Assembly: GCA_965261395.1 (NCBI GenBank)
Contig: OZ253462.1
Span: 1,024,001-1,088,000 of the forward strand
DNA length: 64,000 nt
From: Candidatus Latescibacterota bacterium
GTDB lineage: Bacteria > Latescibacterota > UBA2968 > UBA8231
Reading direction: 5' to 3'
Shown: positions 39,553 to 50,299 of the stretch, in pieces
How the letters are laid out: each line of letters begins with the position of its first letter
How positions within the stretch are numbered: the stretch's first letter is position 1
Translations under genes and position numbers: made by a program
Notes under the pieces: generated by a model
The model's database searches: none
What the model was told of the DNA's origin: nothing
The model's input: the letters and a program-made list of their open reading frames with translations, nothing else

Positions 39553-39810
39553 ATGATCCAATCCATGCCCATTGCCGAAGCCCGCAAAATACTGAATCAA
39601 TTACCGGATCGCTTCGCCGCTGAACCCGAAGCGAATGCCCTCGCCGTAACGCGCCGTGGCCAGCCGGTACTCGCGCTGATGCCGTGGTCGCTTTACCAGG
39701 GGATTGTCGAAACATTAGAAGTGCTCGGCGACGAGGTCCAGTGTGCCGCGCTGCGCGAAGGCATCCGCCAGATTGAGGCGGGCGAGCGCGCCGTTTGGGA
39801 GGCGCGATGA
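39553..39810 (+). CDS. Phd/YefM-family antitoxin
   Basis: IAEAR..L, AVTRRGQPVLALM, ETLEVL. Confidence 0.88.
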   Translation: MIQSMPIAEARKILNQLPDRFAAEPEANALAVTRRGQPVLALMPWSLYQGIVETLEVLGDEVQCAALREGIRQIEAGERAVWEAR

Positions 39811-40124
39811 CGTTGCACGTCGTCTTGGCGCAGCGCGCCTTAGAGTCGCTGCAAGGTTTGCTCAACCGGCGGATCGCCGAGCAAGTGGACCAATACATCA
39901 CAGGGCTGGCAATTGACCCCGAGGAACAGGGCTGGCCCTTGGTCGGCGAATTAAAGGGCTATCGCTGCCTGCGTCCGCCGAGCGGCTGGTTCCGCATCGT
40001 CTATCGGGTGGTGCTCGGGGAGGTCGAGGTGGTGCTGGTGTCGGTGGGGCAGACCCATTCGGCCGGTGAGCGGGATGTGCGCGCCCTAGCGCGGACGCTG
40101 TTTAGCGAGCGGCTGCTGCGCTAA
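39807..40124 (+). CDS. RelE/ParE-family toxin
   Basis: ATGA overlap; G.PLVGELKGYRCLR, RIVYRV. Confidence 0.8.
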   Translation: MTLHVVLAQRALESLQGLLNRRIAEQVDQYITGLAIDPEEQGWPLVGELKGYRCLRPPSGWFRIVYRVVLGEVEVVLVSVGQTHSAGERDVRALARTLFSERLLR

Positions 40125-40154
40125 GCGAAGGAGCGCAGCAGCAACGATAAAGAT

Positions 40155-40510
40155 TTAGTTGCTGGCTGAGTCCGCGCCGATATAGACGAAGCCCTGTTCT
40201 ACTTTTACAGGATAGATCTTGATGCTGTATTCATCGCCGCCGAGGTTGCGTCCGTCGATCAGCGAGAACGTCTTCTTGTGTTGGGGGCAGGCGACTTTAG
40301 GCGTGCCTTCTTGATCGCCGATCAAGCCGCGGGCGAGGACCATGTCGCGCTTGTGGGGCACATGTTCTGGCAGGCATACCACTCGCGGTGCGAGGCAAAA
40401 TTGAATACTGCGATCTGCTCGTCTCCCAGCTTGACGCAGGCGCCAGCATTGCTGGGAAAATCCTCGACTCGGGCGACTCGCACCCACTGCTCTGTCATTA
40501 CTTCGCTCAT
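40155..40510 (-). pseudogene. nirD: Nitrite reductase small subunit, frameshifted
   Basis: CQNMCP and HKRDMVLARG...VACPQHK lie in different frames; 1-nt loss in the G run at 40355-40358. Confidence 0.82.
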
Positions 40511-42102
40511 ACTAATGCCTCCCAGTTGACGGACCGCTTTTGCTGCCGCTCGTGTGTCCACTGCAAATTGTCGTCCACATCGTCGCTGTTGACGAAGTGG
40601 CGGAAGCGCTTGCGGCGCTCCGGGTCTTCGACGACCGCCTTCCACTCGCATTGATAGGTTGCCACTAAGTGGGCCATATCCTCCTCTAGCTGCGCGCAGA
40701 TCCCGAGGTGATCGTCGATGATCACTCGGCGCAGATATTCAATGCCGCCTTCCATTTGATTGAACCAAGTGGCAGTGCGGGTCAGCTTGTCGGCGGTGTG
40801 GATGTAATACATGAGGAAGTGGTCGATGTATTTGATGCAGGTCTCCTCGTCGAGGTCCGCGGTGAGCAGGACCCCGTGCTGAGGTTTGGCACCGCCGTTG
40901 CCGCAAACGTAGAGGTTCCAGCCCTTTTCAGTGGCAACTAAGCCGAAGTCCTTGCCTTGGGCCTCGGCGCACTCGCGCACGCAGCCCGAGCAGGCAGCCT
41001 TGATTTTGTGGGGGGCACGGATGCCTCGGTAGCGCTCTTCGATGTGGATGGCGAAGCCGGTAGAGTCCTGCACGGCGTAGCGGCACCAGGTAGTGCCGAC
41101 GCAGCTTTTGACCGTGCGCAGGGCCTTGCCGTAGGCGTGCCCACTCTCGAAGCCCGCCGCAATCAACTCCTCCCAGATGAAGGGTAGCTGATCGACTCGC
41201 GCGCCGAGCAGATCGACGCGCTGGCCGCCGGTGATTTTGCAGTAGAGGTCGTACTTTTGGGCGACTTGGCCGAGGGCAATCAGCTTGGCGGGCGTAATCT
41301 CGCCGCCGGGCACCCGGGGGATAACCGAATACGTGCCACCGCGCTGAATGTTGGCGAGGAAGCGGTCGTTGGTGTCCTGCAACTCCTCCTGTTCGAGGAT
41401 GAGGTCGTTCCAAGTGCTGGCTAAAATGGAGGCAGCGGCGGGTTTGCAGATCTCGCAGCCGTGTCCTTGGCCATAGCGGGCCAGCAAGTCGTCGTAGCGC
41501 TTGATGCGGTTGATTTTGACGATCTGGAATAGCTCCTGCCGCGAATAGGCGAAGTGCTCGCAGAGGTGGGTATTGACTTCTAGGCCTTGAGCCGCTAGCT
41601 CGGCGTTGACGATGTCGGTCACCAAGGGTATGCCGCCGCCGCAGCCCGTGCCGGCTCGCGTCGCGTCCTTGAGCGCGCCGAGTTGGGTATAACCTTCGGC
41701 TACAGCGCGTACGAGCGCGCCCTTGGCGACGTTGTTGCACGAGCAGATCTGCGCGTCGTCGGGCAGGTCGTGCGGGTTGAGGCCGGCCGCCTTGCCGTTG
41801 GCTACACCGAGCAGCAGTTCGTGGGGATCCAACGGCAAGGGGGTTTTGTTTTTGACCATCTGCAAGAAGTGGTTGTATTCCGAGGCGTCGCCGACCAGCA
41901 TGCCGCCAAGCAGATGCTCTCCGCTAACGGTCAGACGTTTGTACGCGCGGGCGACGTCGCTGTGGAAGTAGAGAACCCGGCTGCCGGGCGTTTCGCCGAA
42001 AGCGTCGCCGAAGTTGGCTACATCGACGCCCATGAGCTTGAGCTTGGTCGAGAAGTCGCCCGAGGTAAAGACGGGGTCCTCCGGCCCGCAGAGGCGCTCG
42101 GC
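40507..42102 (-). pseudogene. nirB: NADH nitrite reductase large subunit, 5'-truncated
   Basis: STKLKLMGVDV, ICSCNNV, KSCVGTTWC, CSGCVRECAE present; N-terminal FAD/NADH domain absent; CGGC changed to CGGG. Confidence 0.88.
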
Positions 42103-42885
42103 ATGTTGACCGCAGTGCTGATGGGGCTGATTGGTCTTTCGCTCGCCGCATCGACCTTGCATCTGGGGCGGCCGGCTTTCGCCTTCCGTGCTATTCGCAA
42201 CTGGCGCACCTCTTGGCTTTCGCGCGAAGTGCTGTCGCTGTCGCTTTTTGCCAAAGTCGCCCTTGCCTATGCGGCTTTCCTGCTGACGACCGAAGGTTTG
42301 GCGCTGGTAAGTGCAGAAGCCTTGGGTGGAGTCGGCGCCCGGCTGTCGTTGGGTGCGGTAGCGGTCTTGGCGGGCATCGCCGGCATTTACGCCAGCGCTC
42401 GGCTCTATCGGGTACCCGCCCGTCCGGCCTAGAATTTCCGCAAGACTACAGCCGACTTTTTTGCCGTGGCATGGATCGTCGGACCGGCGGTACTGGCGTT
42501 AGCGCCGGTATTGGGTGGGGAAGCGGGATTGAGCGTGCAGATCGCGGCTTTGGCTGCGGCGCTGGCGCTGATAGCCTACGTGAAGTTGCACTCGGACTTC
42601 ATCCGTCACTTAGCGGCAAGCGAGACCTTTGAACTCAAGGCCAGCGCCGAACTCTACCGCGATCACTTCGCCCGCTTGCGGATGTACAAAAATGGTGCGG
42701 CCCTATTGGCGCTGATAGGACTTTTGGCCTTGGGCGGTGGTGTGGTATCGACCGCGGTGGCGGCTTTGGGCGTCGCTGGCTTGGTGGCCTATGTATTCTT
42801 GCAGCGCTACCTGTTTTTCACCACGGTCGTCGGCACCAATATCGCGGGCAATTTCATCGTCGAAGCCCACCACTCAGTGGCGTAA
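42100..42885 (+). pseudogene. DmsC/YnfH-type membrane anchor, 5'-truncated with internal stop
   Basis: STLHLGRP, TSWLSRE; TAG at 42430-42432 in RPA*N (probably TGG originally); frame continues to 42885. Confidence 0.8.
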
Positions 42886-42897
42886 GGAAAATTTGCG

Positions 42898-44947
42898 ATG
42901 ACCGTCCTACAGAAAATCAAAGAGACGCTAGGTTTCGACATCAAGAAGGATGAATACGCCTTCGGATTTGACCCTCAGTACGGGTATCTGTCGCAAAAGA
43001 AATTCCCGAGCGCTGGGTCAAGACCACCTGCGGCTACTGCTCGGTCGGTTGTGGCATGGTAGTGGGCGTCAAGGGCGGCGAAATCGTCTCGGTGCACGGC
43101 GACGAGGAGCACCCTGTCAACGAGGGCAGCCTCTGTCCGAAAGGCTTGAGCGAGCACCTGCCGCTGAAAAGCCCCAACCGCGCCCATGCCCCGCTGTGGC
43201 GCGGCGAACCCATCTCTTGGGATCGCGCTTACGAGGAGATGGTGGGGCGGGTGCGCCGGGTTCAGGAGCAGTACGGCAAAGAGAGTTTCGCCGTGCTGTC
43301 AACCGGCCAGCTCGTCACCGAGGAGTTCTACGCTTTAGGCAAACTAGTGCAACTGGGTTTTGGCACTAGCAATTTCGACGGCAATACCACGCTGTGCATG
43401 AGCTCGGCAGTAGCCGGTTACAAACAGAGCTTTGGCTCCGACGGACCACCGGGATCGTATCGCGGCTTGCGAGAGGCCGACACCGTCTTTTTGATCGGCG
43501 CTAATATTGCCGACAATCATCCCATCCTCTGGCATCATCTCAACCAGAACGAAGAGTACACGCTGATCGTCTGCGATCCGCGCAAGACCAAGACGGCGAT
43601 GTTTGCCGACCTCTATCTGCCGATCCGGCCGCGCGGCGATGTCTATCTGCTCAACGGCCTGATCAACTTGGTGATCAAGCACGGCTATGTCGATCAAGAC
43701 TTCGTCGACACCCACACCACTGGTTTTGAGGCACTGGCCGAACACGCTAGTCATTATCCCATCGAGGTCGTGGCGGAGCACACGGGTTTAAGCCCCGAAT
43801 CGATCTGGGCGGCCTTCCAGGCCATCGCCAAGGCCGAAAACGTCCTCTTCGCGTGGACGATGGGCGTCAATCACTCGACTCAAGGGACGGATACCGTCAG
43901 CTTGATCAACACCCTCGCGCTGATTACGGGCAATATCGGCCGCACAGGTGCTGCGCCGTTGTCCATCACTGGCCAGTGCAATGCCATGGGCACCCGCGAG
44001 TTTGGCTTTGCTTCATCGCTGCCGGGCTACCGCAAATTTGAAAGCGAGGCAGACCGCGAGGAACTGGCGGCGTTGTGGGGGTTGGACGCGGAACGACTGC
44101 CGAAAAAGCGCGGCTTGGCCTATCCCGACATCATCGACGCCATCCTAGCGGGCCGCATCAAGGCACTGTGGGTGATTGCCACCAATCCGCTGGCCAGCTT
44201 TCCCGATCAGGAGCGGTTGCGCCAGGCGTTAGAGTGCGGCAAGCTGTCCCACCGCCCGGGGAGGCCAAGGCCGATTTCGATATTTTTATGGATTTGGCCC
44301 GGGTGCTCGGAGTGAGCGACGAACTCTTTCCCGCATGGCGAGGCCCGGCGGATGCGTTCGCGGAGATGCGCCGAATATCCAAGGGACAGCTCTGCGATTA
44401 CAGCGGCATGAGCTACGAAAAGATGGACGCCTTGGGCGGAATCCAGTGGCCCTGCAACGACGCGCATCCCGAGGGCGTTGACAGCCTATACACCGACGGC
44501 CGCTTCCCCACCGAGGACGGCCGGGCGCGGTTGTTGTACACTGCGCCGCTGCCGCTGCCTGAGCCGCCGGACGACGAATACCCCATCCTGCTCAACACCG
44601 GACGCACGGTAGAGCACTGGCACACGCGGACCAAGACCCGCGACGTGCCGATGCTGGAGAAACTCTCGCCCGAGCCTTGGGTTGAGATCCATCCGCAGAC
44701 CGCGCGGCGCTTCCGCCTCGGCCCGCGCACCCGCGTCTCTTTGGTCTCCAGACGCGGGCGCGTCGAAGGCTTGCTGCTGAGGATTACCGAGACGATCCAT
44801 CCAGACCAAATCTTCGTGCCCTTTCACTTTGCCGAGCAATGCGTCAACCAACTTACCCTCCCGGCCTTCTGCCCGAAGTCGCGCGAGCCTAACTACAAGC
44901 AGTGCGCCGTGCGCATTGAACGAGTCGAAAAAACCACCGCTACATGA
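42898..44947 (+). pseudogene. nasA: Assimilatory nitrate reductase catalytic subunit with frameshift and internal deletion
   Basis: TTCGYCSVGCG, LCPKG, LCMSSA, TGQCNAMG, LNTGR..HWHT; frameshift near 43001; out-of-frame junction near 44234. Confidence 0.85.
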
Positions 44948-44954
44948 GGAGATT

Positions 44955-46043
44955 ATGAAAGTAATTATCGCAGCCGTTGCCTTGGCCGTCTTGTCCTGCG
45001 CCGAGGGAATCGGTGCAGAGGAACTAGCGTTAGAAAAAGACGAACTCAAGTTCGGCTTCATCAAGCTGACCGACTGCGCGCCCTTGGTCATTGCCAAGGA
45101 GCAGTTCTTCTTCGAAGACGAGGGGCTTTTCGTCACCTTGGAGGCGCAGGCCAATTGGAAGGTGCTGCTCGACCGCGTCATCGATGGCGAACTCGACGGG
45201 GCGCACATGCTGGCCGGGCAGCCGATTGGCGCGACCATCGGCTTCGGCACCCAAGCCCACATTATTACCGCCTGTAGCATGGATCTCAACGGCAATGGCA
45301 TCACGGTCGCCAACGAGGTCTGGCAGCAAATGAAGCTCCACGTGCCCAAGCGCGCAGACGGCGAGCCGTGGAACCAACAAGCCGTGTTCAAGGGCCTTGG
45401 CGTGCCGGTGACGACCAACTACGACGTGTGGAAGAACAACCCGGAAAAGGTCTTTGGCGTCAGCAAGGTTTGGGCCGACAAGCACCCCAACACGCACAAA
45501 GCGGTGGTCAAGGCGCTAATTCGCGCTGGCAAGTGGCTCGACGAGGAAGGCGAAAATGGCGAGCCAAAAAACCGCGTTGAAGCGGCGCGGATCCTCTCCC
45601 GATCGGAGTATGTCGGTGCCGACTTTGAGGTCATCGCCAACAGCATGACCGGCACCTTTGAGTTTGAAAAGGGCGACAAGCGCGCAATGCCCGACTTCAA
45701 TGTGTTCTACCGCTACGACGCCACGTACCCTTTCTATAGCGACGGCGTTTGGTTTTTGACCCAGATGCGGCGCTGGGGCCAGATCGACGCCCCCAAACCC
45801 GACTCTTGGTATCACGCGACGATTAAGGAGATCTACCGGCCCGACATCTGGCGCGAGGCCGCGGCCCTGCTCGTAGAGGATGGACACTTGACGGCCGACG
45901 AGATTCCCCAGACCGACGGCTACAAGGTGCCGACCAGCGACTTTACAGATGAGGTCGAGTACGACGGCCGCGAACCCAACGCCTATCTGCACAAGTTTCG
46001 GGTGGATATCAAGGACGACTACACTAAAACGTCGATGAAATAG
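44955..46043 (+). pseudogene. nrtA: NrtA/CmpA nitrate ABC substrate-binding protein with in-frame internal deletion
   Basis: [32 protein letters not shown]; central STHNY...PPPQM segment missing at about 45360. Confidence 0.78.
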
Positions 46044-46057
46044 GAGGCGGTAGATTG

Positions 46058-47090
46058 ATGGTCGATAAGCTGAATAAAATCCTCGTTTTCGTCGGGCTGA
46101 CTTGGCTGACGCCGGTGATCAAACTGGCCGCCGGGGAAAACCCCGGTCAGCAGGTCCGCGACATCTGGACCCTGATCGGCGTGCCCGTGAGTGCGTTCGT
46201 CTCCTTCCTGATGCTGTGGTCGCTGACCGCCGCCCAAATCGAGACCAGCTTGGGCAATATCCCCGGGCCGATGCAGGCCTACAAGCAAGCGGTAGGGCTG
46301 TGGGAAGAGCACGTGGAAGAACGGGAAAAAGCGCGGGCGTTCTATAAGCGGCAGGAAGCGGCAGGAAAAGCGCAACGCCGAGAAACTGGCCGCAAACCCA
46401 CAGGCCCAAGTCAAGATCCGCCAATATACCGGTAAGCCGACGTATCTCGACCAGATCGGCACTAGCCTGTACACGGTTTTCGCTGGCTTTTCGCTGGCTG
46501 CGCTGGTGGCCGTGCCACTCGGCCTGTTTTGCGGCATGAGCCGCACGATGATGAACGCCTTTAATCCATTGATCCAGATATTCAAGCCCGTGTCACCGCT
46601 GGCTTGGCTGCCGCTGGTGACGATGGTGGTCAGCGCCCTCTACACGACCAACGACGGGCTTTTTGCAAAGTCCTTTATCAACTCGGCGGTCACCGTGTCG
46701 CTGTGCTCGCTGTGGCCCGCGCTGATCAACACCGCCTTGGGCGTGTCGTCGCTAAGTCAGGATTACGTCAATGTGGCGCGGGTGCTCAACCTCGGAGTCA
46801 AGGACCGGATTTTTAAGATCGTCCTGCCGGCCTCGCTGCCCTACATCTTTACGGGCCTGCGCATTTCGCTCGGCGTCGGCTGGATGGTGCTGATCGCCGC
46901 GGAGATGCTGGCGCAAAACCCGGGCTTGGGCAAGTTCGTGTGGGACGAGTTTCAAAACGGCAGCAGCCACTCGCTGGCGCGGATCTTGGTAGCCGTGCTG
47001 ACCATTGGCTTTATCGGCTTTATGCTCGACCGGGCGATGGTAATCCTGCACAAGCTAGTCAGCTTCGGCGACGAGCCGGTTGGTATCTGA
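46058..47090 (+). pseudogene. nrtB: Nitrate ABC permease, frameshifted by a 10-bp tandem duplication
   Basis: AAGCGGCAGG twice at 46346-46365; removing one copy restores the frame into PVSPLAWLP...GWMVLIAAEML. Confidence 0.85.
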
Positions 47091-47097
47091 GGGGAGC

Positions 47098-47555
47098 ATG
47101 GCTTTTCTCGAATTGCGCAATGTCAGCAAAGCCTATGGCGAAGGGGCCGAGCGCACCGAGGTACTCGCGAACGTCAGCTTGGAGATTGAGCGGGGCGAGT
47201 TCGTGGCCATCGTCGGTTTTTCGGGCAGCGGCAAGACCACGTTGCTCTCGCTGATCGCCGGTCTGATCGAGCCTGACGAGGGCGAAATCCTCATCGACGG
47301 CAAGCGGATCGCCGGTCCCGGTCCCGAGCGTGGCGTCATCTTCCAGAACTATTCGCTGCTGCCCTGGCTGACCGTCTATGGCAACGTGGCCTTGGTGGTC
47401 AATCGCCTCTTCCCCGCTTGGTCGGCGAAAAAGCGCCGCGCCCACGTCGAGCACTACGTCGAAATGGTCCATCTGACGCCGGCGTCGCAAAAGCGGCCGA
47501 CCGAGCTTTCAGGGGGTATGCGCCAGCGGGTAGCCGTTGCACGCGCCTTGGCATT
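47098..47555 (+). pseudogene. nrtC: Nitrate ABC ATPase, 3'-truncated
   Basis: [25 protein letters not shown], then homology ends before Walker B. Confidence 0.75.
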
Positions 47556-48386
47556 GAATTCGCCGATCTCGCCAAGGTCTACCCGACAGTCGATGGGCCA
47601 GTGGCCGTGGTCAAGGGCTTTGATTTGCAGATTGAACAGGGCGAGTTCGTCTCCATCATCGGCCACTCGGGCTGCGGCAAGTCAACGGTGCTGTCGATGA
47701 TCGCCGGCCTCAACGAGATCTCCGACGGGGCTATTTACATGGACGGACGCCGGGTCGTAGGCCCGGGACCCGACCGCGGGGTGGTCTTCCAGTCGCCGAG
47801 CCTGTTCCCGTGGATGACGGCCATGGAAAACGTGCTGCTGGGCGTCGAACAGGTCTTCCCGCACGGCAGCAAGCGCGAGCGGCGGGAAATCGCCGAGTAC
47901 TATCTCAACCGCGTGGGCTTGGTTGACGCGCTCGATAAGCGTGCTGCCGAGCTATCGCAGGGGATGCGCCAGCGCGTGGGCATTGCCCGCGCCTTTGCCC
48001 TCAAGCCCAAGCTGCTGCTGCTCGACGAGCCGTTTGGGATGCTCGATTCGCTGACCCGCGCCGAGCTGCAAGACGTGCTGTTGGAGGTCTGGCGGCGAGA
48101 CCGGATTACCGCAATCATGGTGACCCACGATGTGGATGAAGCGCTGTTCCTATCCGACCGCGTAGTGATGATGACCAGCGGCCCACAGGCCAAGGTCGGC
48201 GACATTCTGTCGGTGGAATTCCCGCGGCCGAGGGATCGACGCACGGTGTGTGAGCACGAGCACTTCTACGATTTGCGCGGCCACCTACTGCGCTTCCTCG
48301 ATGGCCCGGCGTTGGTCGAACCGGGCGCAGCACCGGATGAGGAACAGGAAACTATAGACGAAACCGCCCCAAAGCAGGTAGCTTGA
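47553..48386 (+). pseudogene. nrtD: Second nitrate ABC ATPase lacking its native start
   Basis: [32 protein letters not shown]; fused out of frame to the first ATPase. Confidence 0.7.
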
Positions 48387-48444
48387 CCGAGATTCGCGGT
48401 TTAACTTATCTACATCCGTGCCATCTTTACGTTGGAGGAACGCC

Positions 48445-49647
48445 GTGCGTCTTGCAATCTATTCCGCATTTCTTTTAGGCGTAGTTGCATCCAGCGCTAG
48501 CTACGCTAAAAAGGAGATCGTCTGGGGAGGCCAGATCCGGCCGCGCTACGAATTCCGCGATCCATTCGCAAATAACTACGACTCCTTCACCTCCATGCGG
48601 GTGCGGACCCAGATGGCGGCCTCGCTCGATAGCGATATCGATCTGATGATCCAGCTCCAGGACGTGCGCTTGTGGGGCGAGGAAAAGAATACCCTAACGG
48701 ATTACAGCGCCGATAAATTTGACCTGCACCAGGGCTATGTCCACCTGAAGAAACTGGGCGACGGCGACCACTCGCTCAAGATTGGCCGTCAGATCGTCGC
48801 CCTTGGCGGTCAGCGGCTAATCGGCGCGGTCGAATGGACCCAGCAGGGCCGGGTTTTTGACGGTTTGCAACTGCTGCTGGCACCCTCTTGGGGACAGGTG
48901 AACCTGACGGCGATTCAGGTGACAGAGTCGGATTCGACGAAGTTTTCCGACGACGTCTATCTGACGGGTGCGTACGCGACCTTAGACCAACTGCCGTCCG
49001 GCAGCTTGGACCTCTACGCGTTCTACAACAAGGACGGAGCCAAGGACACGGATCAGGTCACTATGGGCGCGCGTCTGGCGGGCAAAAAGATGGCGTACTC
49101 CTACCGTTTCGAAGGTTCGTTTCAGACCGGTCAGCGCAGCACCAAAGATGTATCGGCTTTCATGTTCGGTGGGCGGGTTGGCGGGTCTCTAGGCGGGCTA
49201 GACCTCACTTTGTGGTACGACTACCTATCCGGCGACGACGATCTGGCCGATGGCAAGACCAAGGTCTTTGACACGCTCTTTGCGACCAACCACAAGTACT
49301 ATGGGTACGCCGATTTGTTTCTCAATATCCCGGTCCACACTGGCGGGCTGGGGCTGCAGGACTTGGCCCTCAAGGCGGCGTTGCCGTTGAGTGACCAAGT
49401 ATCCCTTGGAATCCACGGGCACTCTTTCCTCACCGCGCAACAGGGCGATTTGGAGTCGAGTCATTTGGGCGAGGAAGTCGATTTGACGCTTACCTACAAA
49501 TGCCGCCCCGGCTTTGCCGTAGTCGCCGGACTCTCGAGGGTGATAGCCGACGACAGCATGACCAGCGTTACTCGTTACAAGGATTCGATTGAGGACTGGA
49601 ACGGGGATATGACCTTTGCTTACCTTATGACCAACACGACCTTCTAA
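48445..49647 (+). CDS. Alginate-export-family outer membrane porin
   Basis: Signal peptide; RPRYEFR, QLQDVRLWG, LHQGY, KIGRQ, ATNHKYYG; C-terminal Phe. Confidence 0.8.
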   Translation: MRLAIYSAFLLGVVASSASYAKKEIVWGGQIRPRYEFRDPFANNYDSFTSMRVRTQMAASLDSDIDLMIQLQDVRLWGEEKNTLTDYSADKFDLHQGYVHLKKLGDGDHSLKIGRQIVALGGQRLIGAVEWTQQGRVFDGLQLLLAPSWGQVNLTAIQVTESDSTKFSDDVYLTGAYATLDQLPSGSLDLYAFYNKDGAKDTDQVTMGARLAGKKMAYSYRFEGSFQTGQRSTKDVSAFMFGGRVGGSLGGLDLTLWYDYLSGDDDLADGKTKVFDTLFATNHKYYGYADLFLNIPVHTGGLGLQDLALKAALPLSDQVSLGIHGHSFLTAQQGDLESSHLGEEVDLTLTYKCRPGFAVVAGLSRVIADDSMTSVTRYKDSIEDWNGDMTFAYLMTNTTF

Positions 49648-49675
49648 ACATTCTGACTGAGCGTTTTAATACGAC

Positions 49676-50236
49676 ATGCCGCCTCGCATCTCAAAGCCGA
49701 TCTCCTCGTCCAGACTGAGGGCCTTCTTCCAACGTTTGGTCTGCCCCGGGTTTACTTCGTTGGGCATTGCCGACCGCGAAGTGGTCGAATACGTCGTCGA
49801 TCTGCTGACGAGCTTTGCGCGGACCGATCAACTCTACCGCATCCGCGATTTGCGCGGTCAGCCGCTTGAAACCGTCGCCGAGATGCTGGTGGAACTCGGG
49901 CGTCAGCGTCAGCCAGAGCGGCGTTGGTCCTTCGACCGCGAGATGGATATTCGTCGGCACGTCGGCGACTACGCGCTTTTTACCAGCGGGCTCTTCCGCA
50001 CGTGGGTCGAGCGGCAGGGGCTTGGTGGCTACTACTTGGAGCAGGGAAGAAGGGCTTATGGGGCGGCAGCCGAACTAGCCCAGTTCGGCTCCGTGTCGCA
50101 AGCGCGGCTCTTCGGTGCCTTAGAGGAGCAATTCGAACATTTGTCCGGAGGGCTCGACTACGTGCGCAAGGTCTATATGCGGCCCGAACTACACGGTGGC
50201 TCGCACGAGGCGCTGATGCGTCAGCTGGGCATTTAG
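49676..50236 (+). CDS. Conserved hypothetical protein
   Basis: Coherent ORF; EYVVDLL, RHVGDYALFTSGLF, YYLEQGRRAY. Confidence 0.7.
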   Translation: MPPRISKPISSSRLRAFFQRLVCPGFTSLGIADREVVEYVVDLLTSFARTDQLYRIRDLRGQPLETVAEMLVELGRQRQPERRWSFDREMDIRRHVGDYALFTSGLFRTWVERQGLGGYYLEQGRRAYGAAAELAQFGSVSQARLFGALEEQFEHLSGGLDYVRKVYMRPELHGGSHEALMRQLGI

Positions 50237-50299
50237 AGGCCCTAGCCAAACGCTCTGCTGGCGTCGCGCGGTCAACGCCGGGCTCTTGGTTAGGGCCTC

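Noticed and set aside
40350-40362. Programmed frameshift in nirD (likewise nasA near 43001)
   Set aside because: Single-base losses in short runs within a cluster full of other lesions; decay or sequencing error is simpler
41683-42099. N-terminal part of the 249-aa plus-strand ORF as real protein
   Set aside because: It is the antisense of nirB; only the part after about 42100 has anchor-subunit motifs
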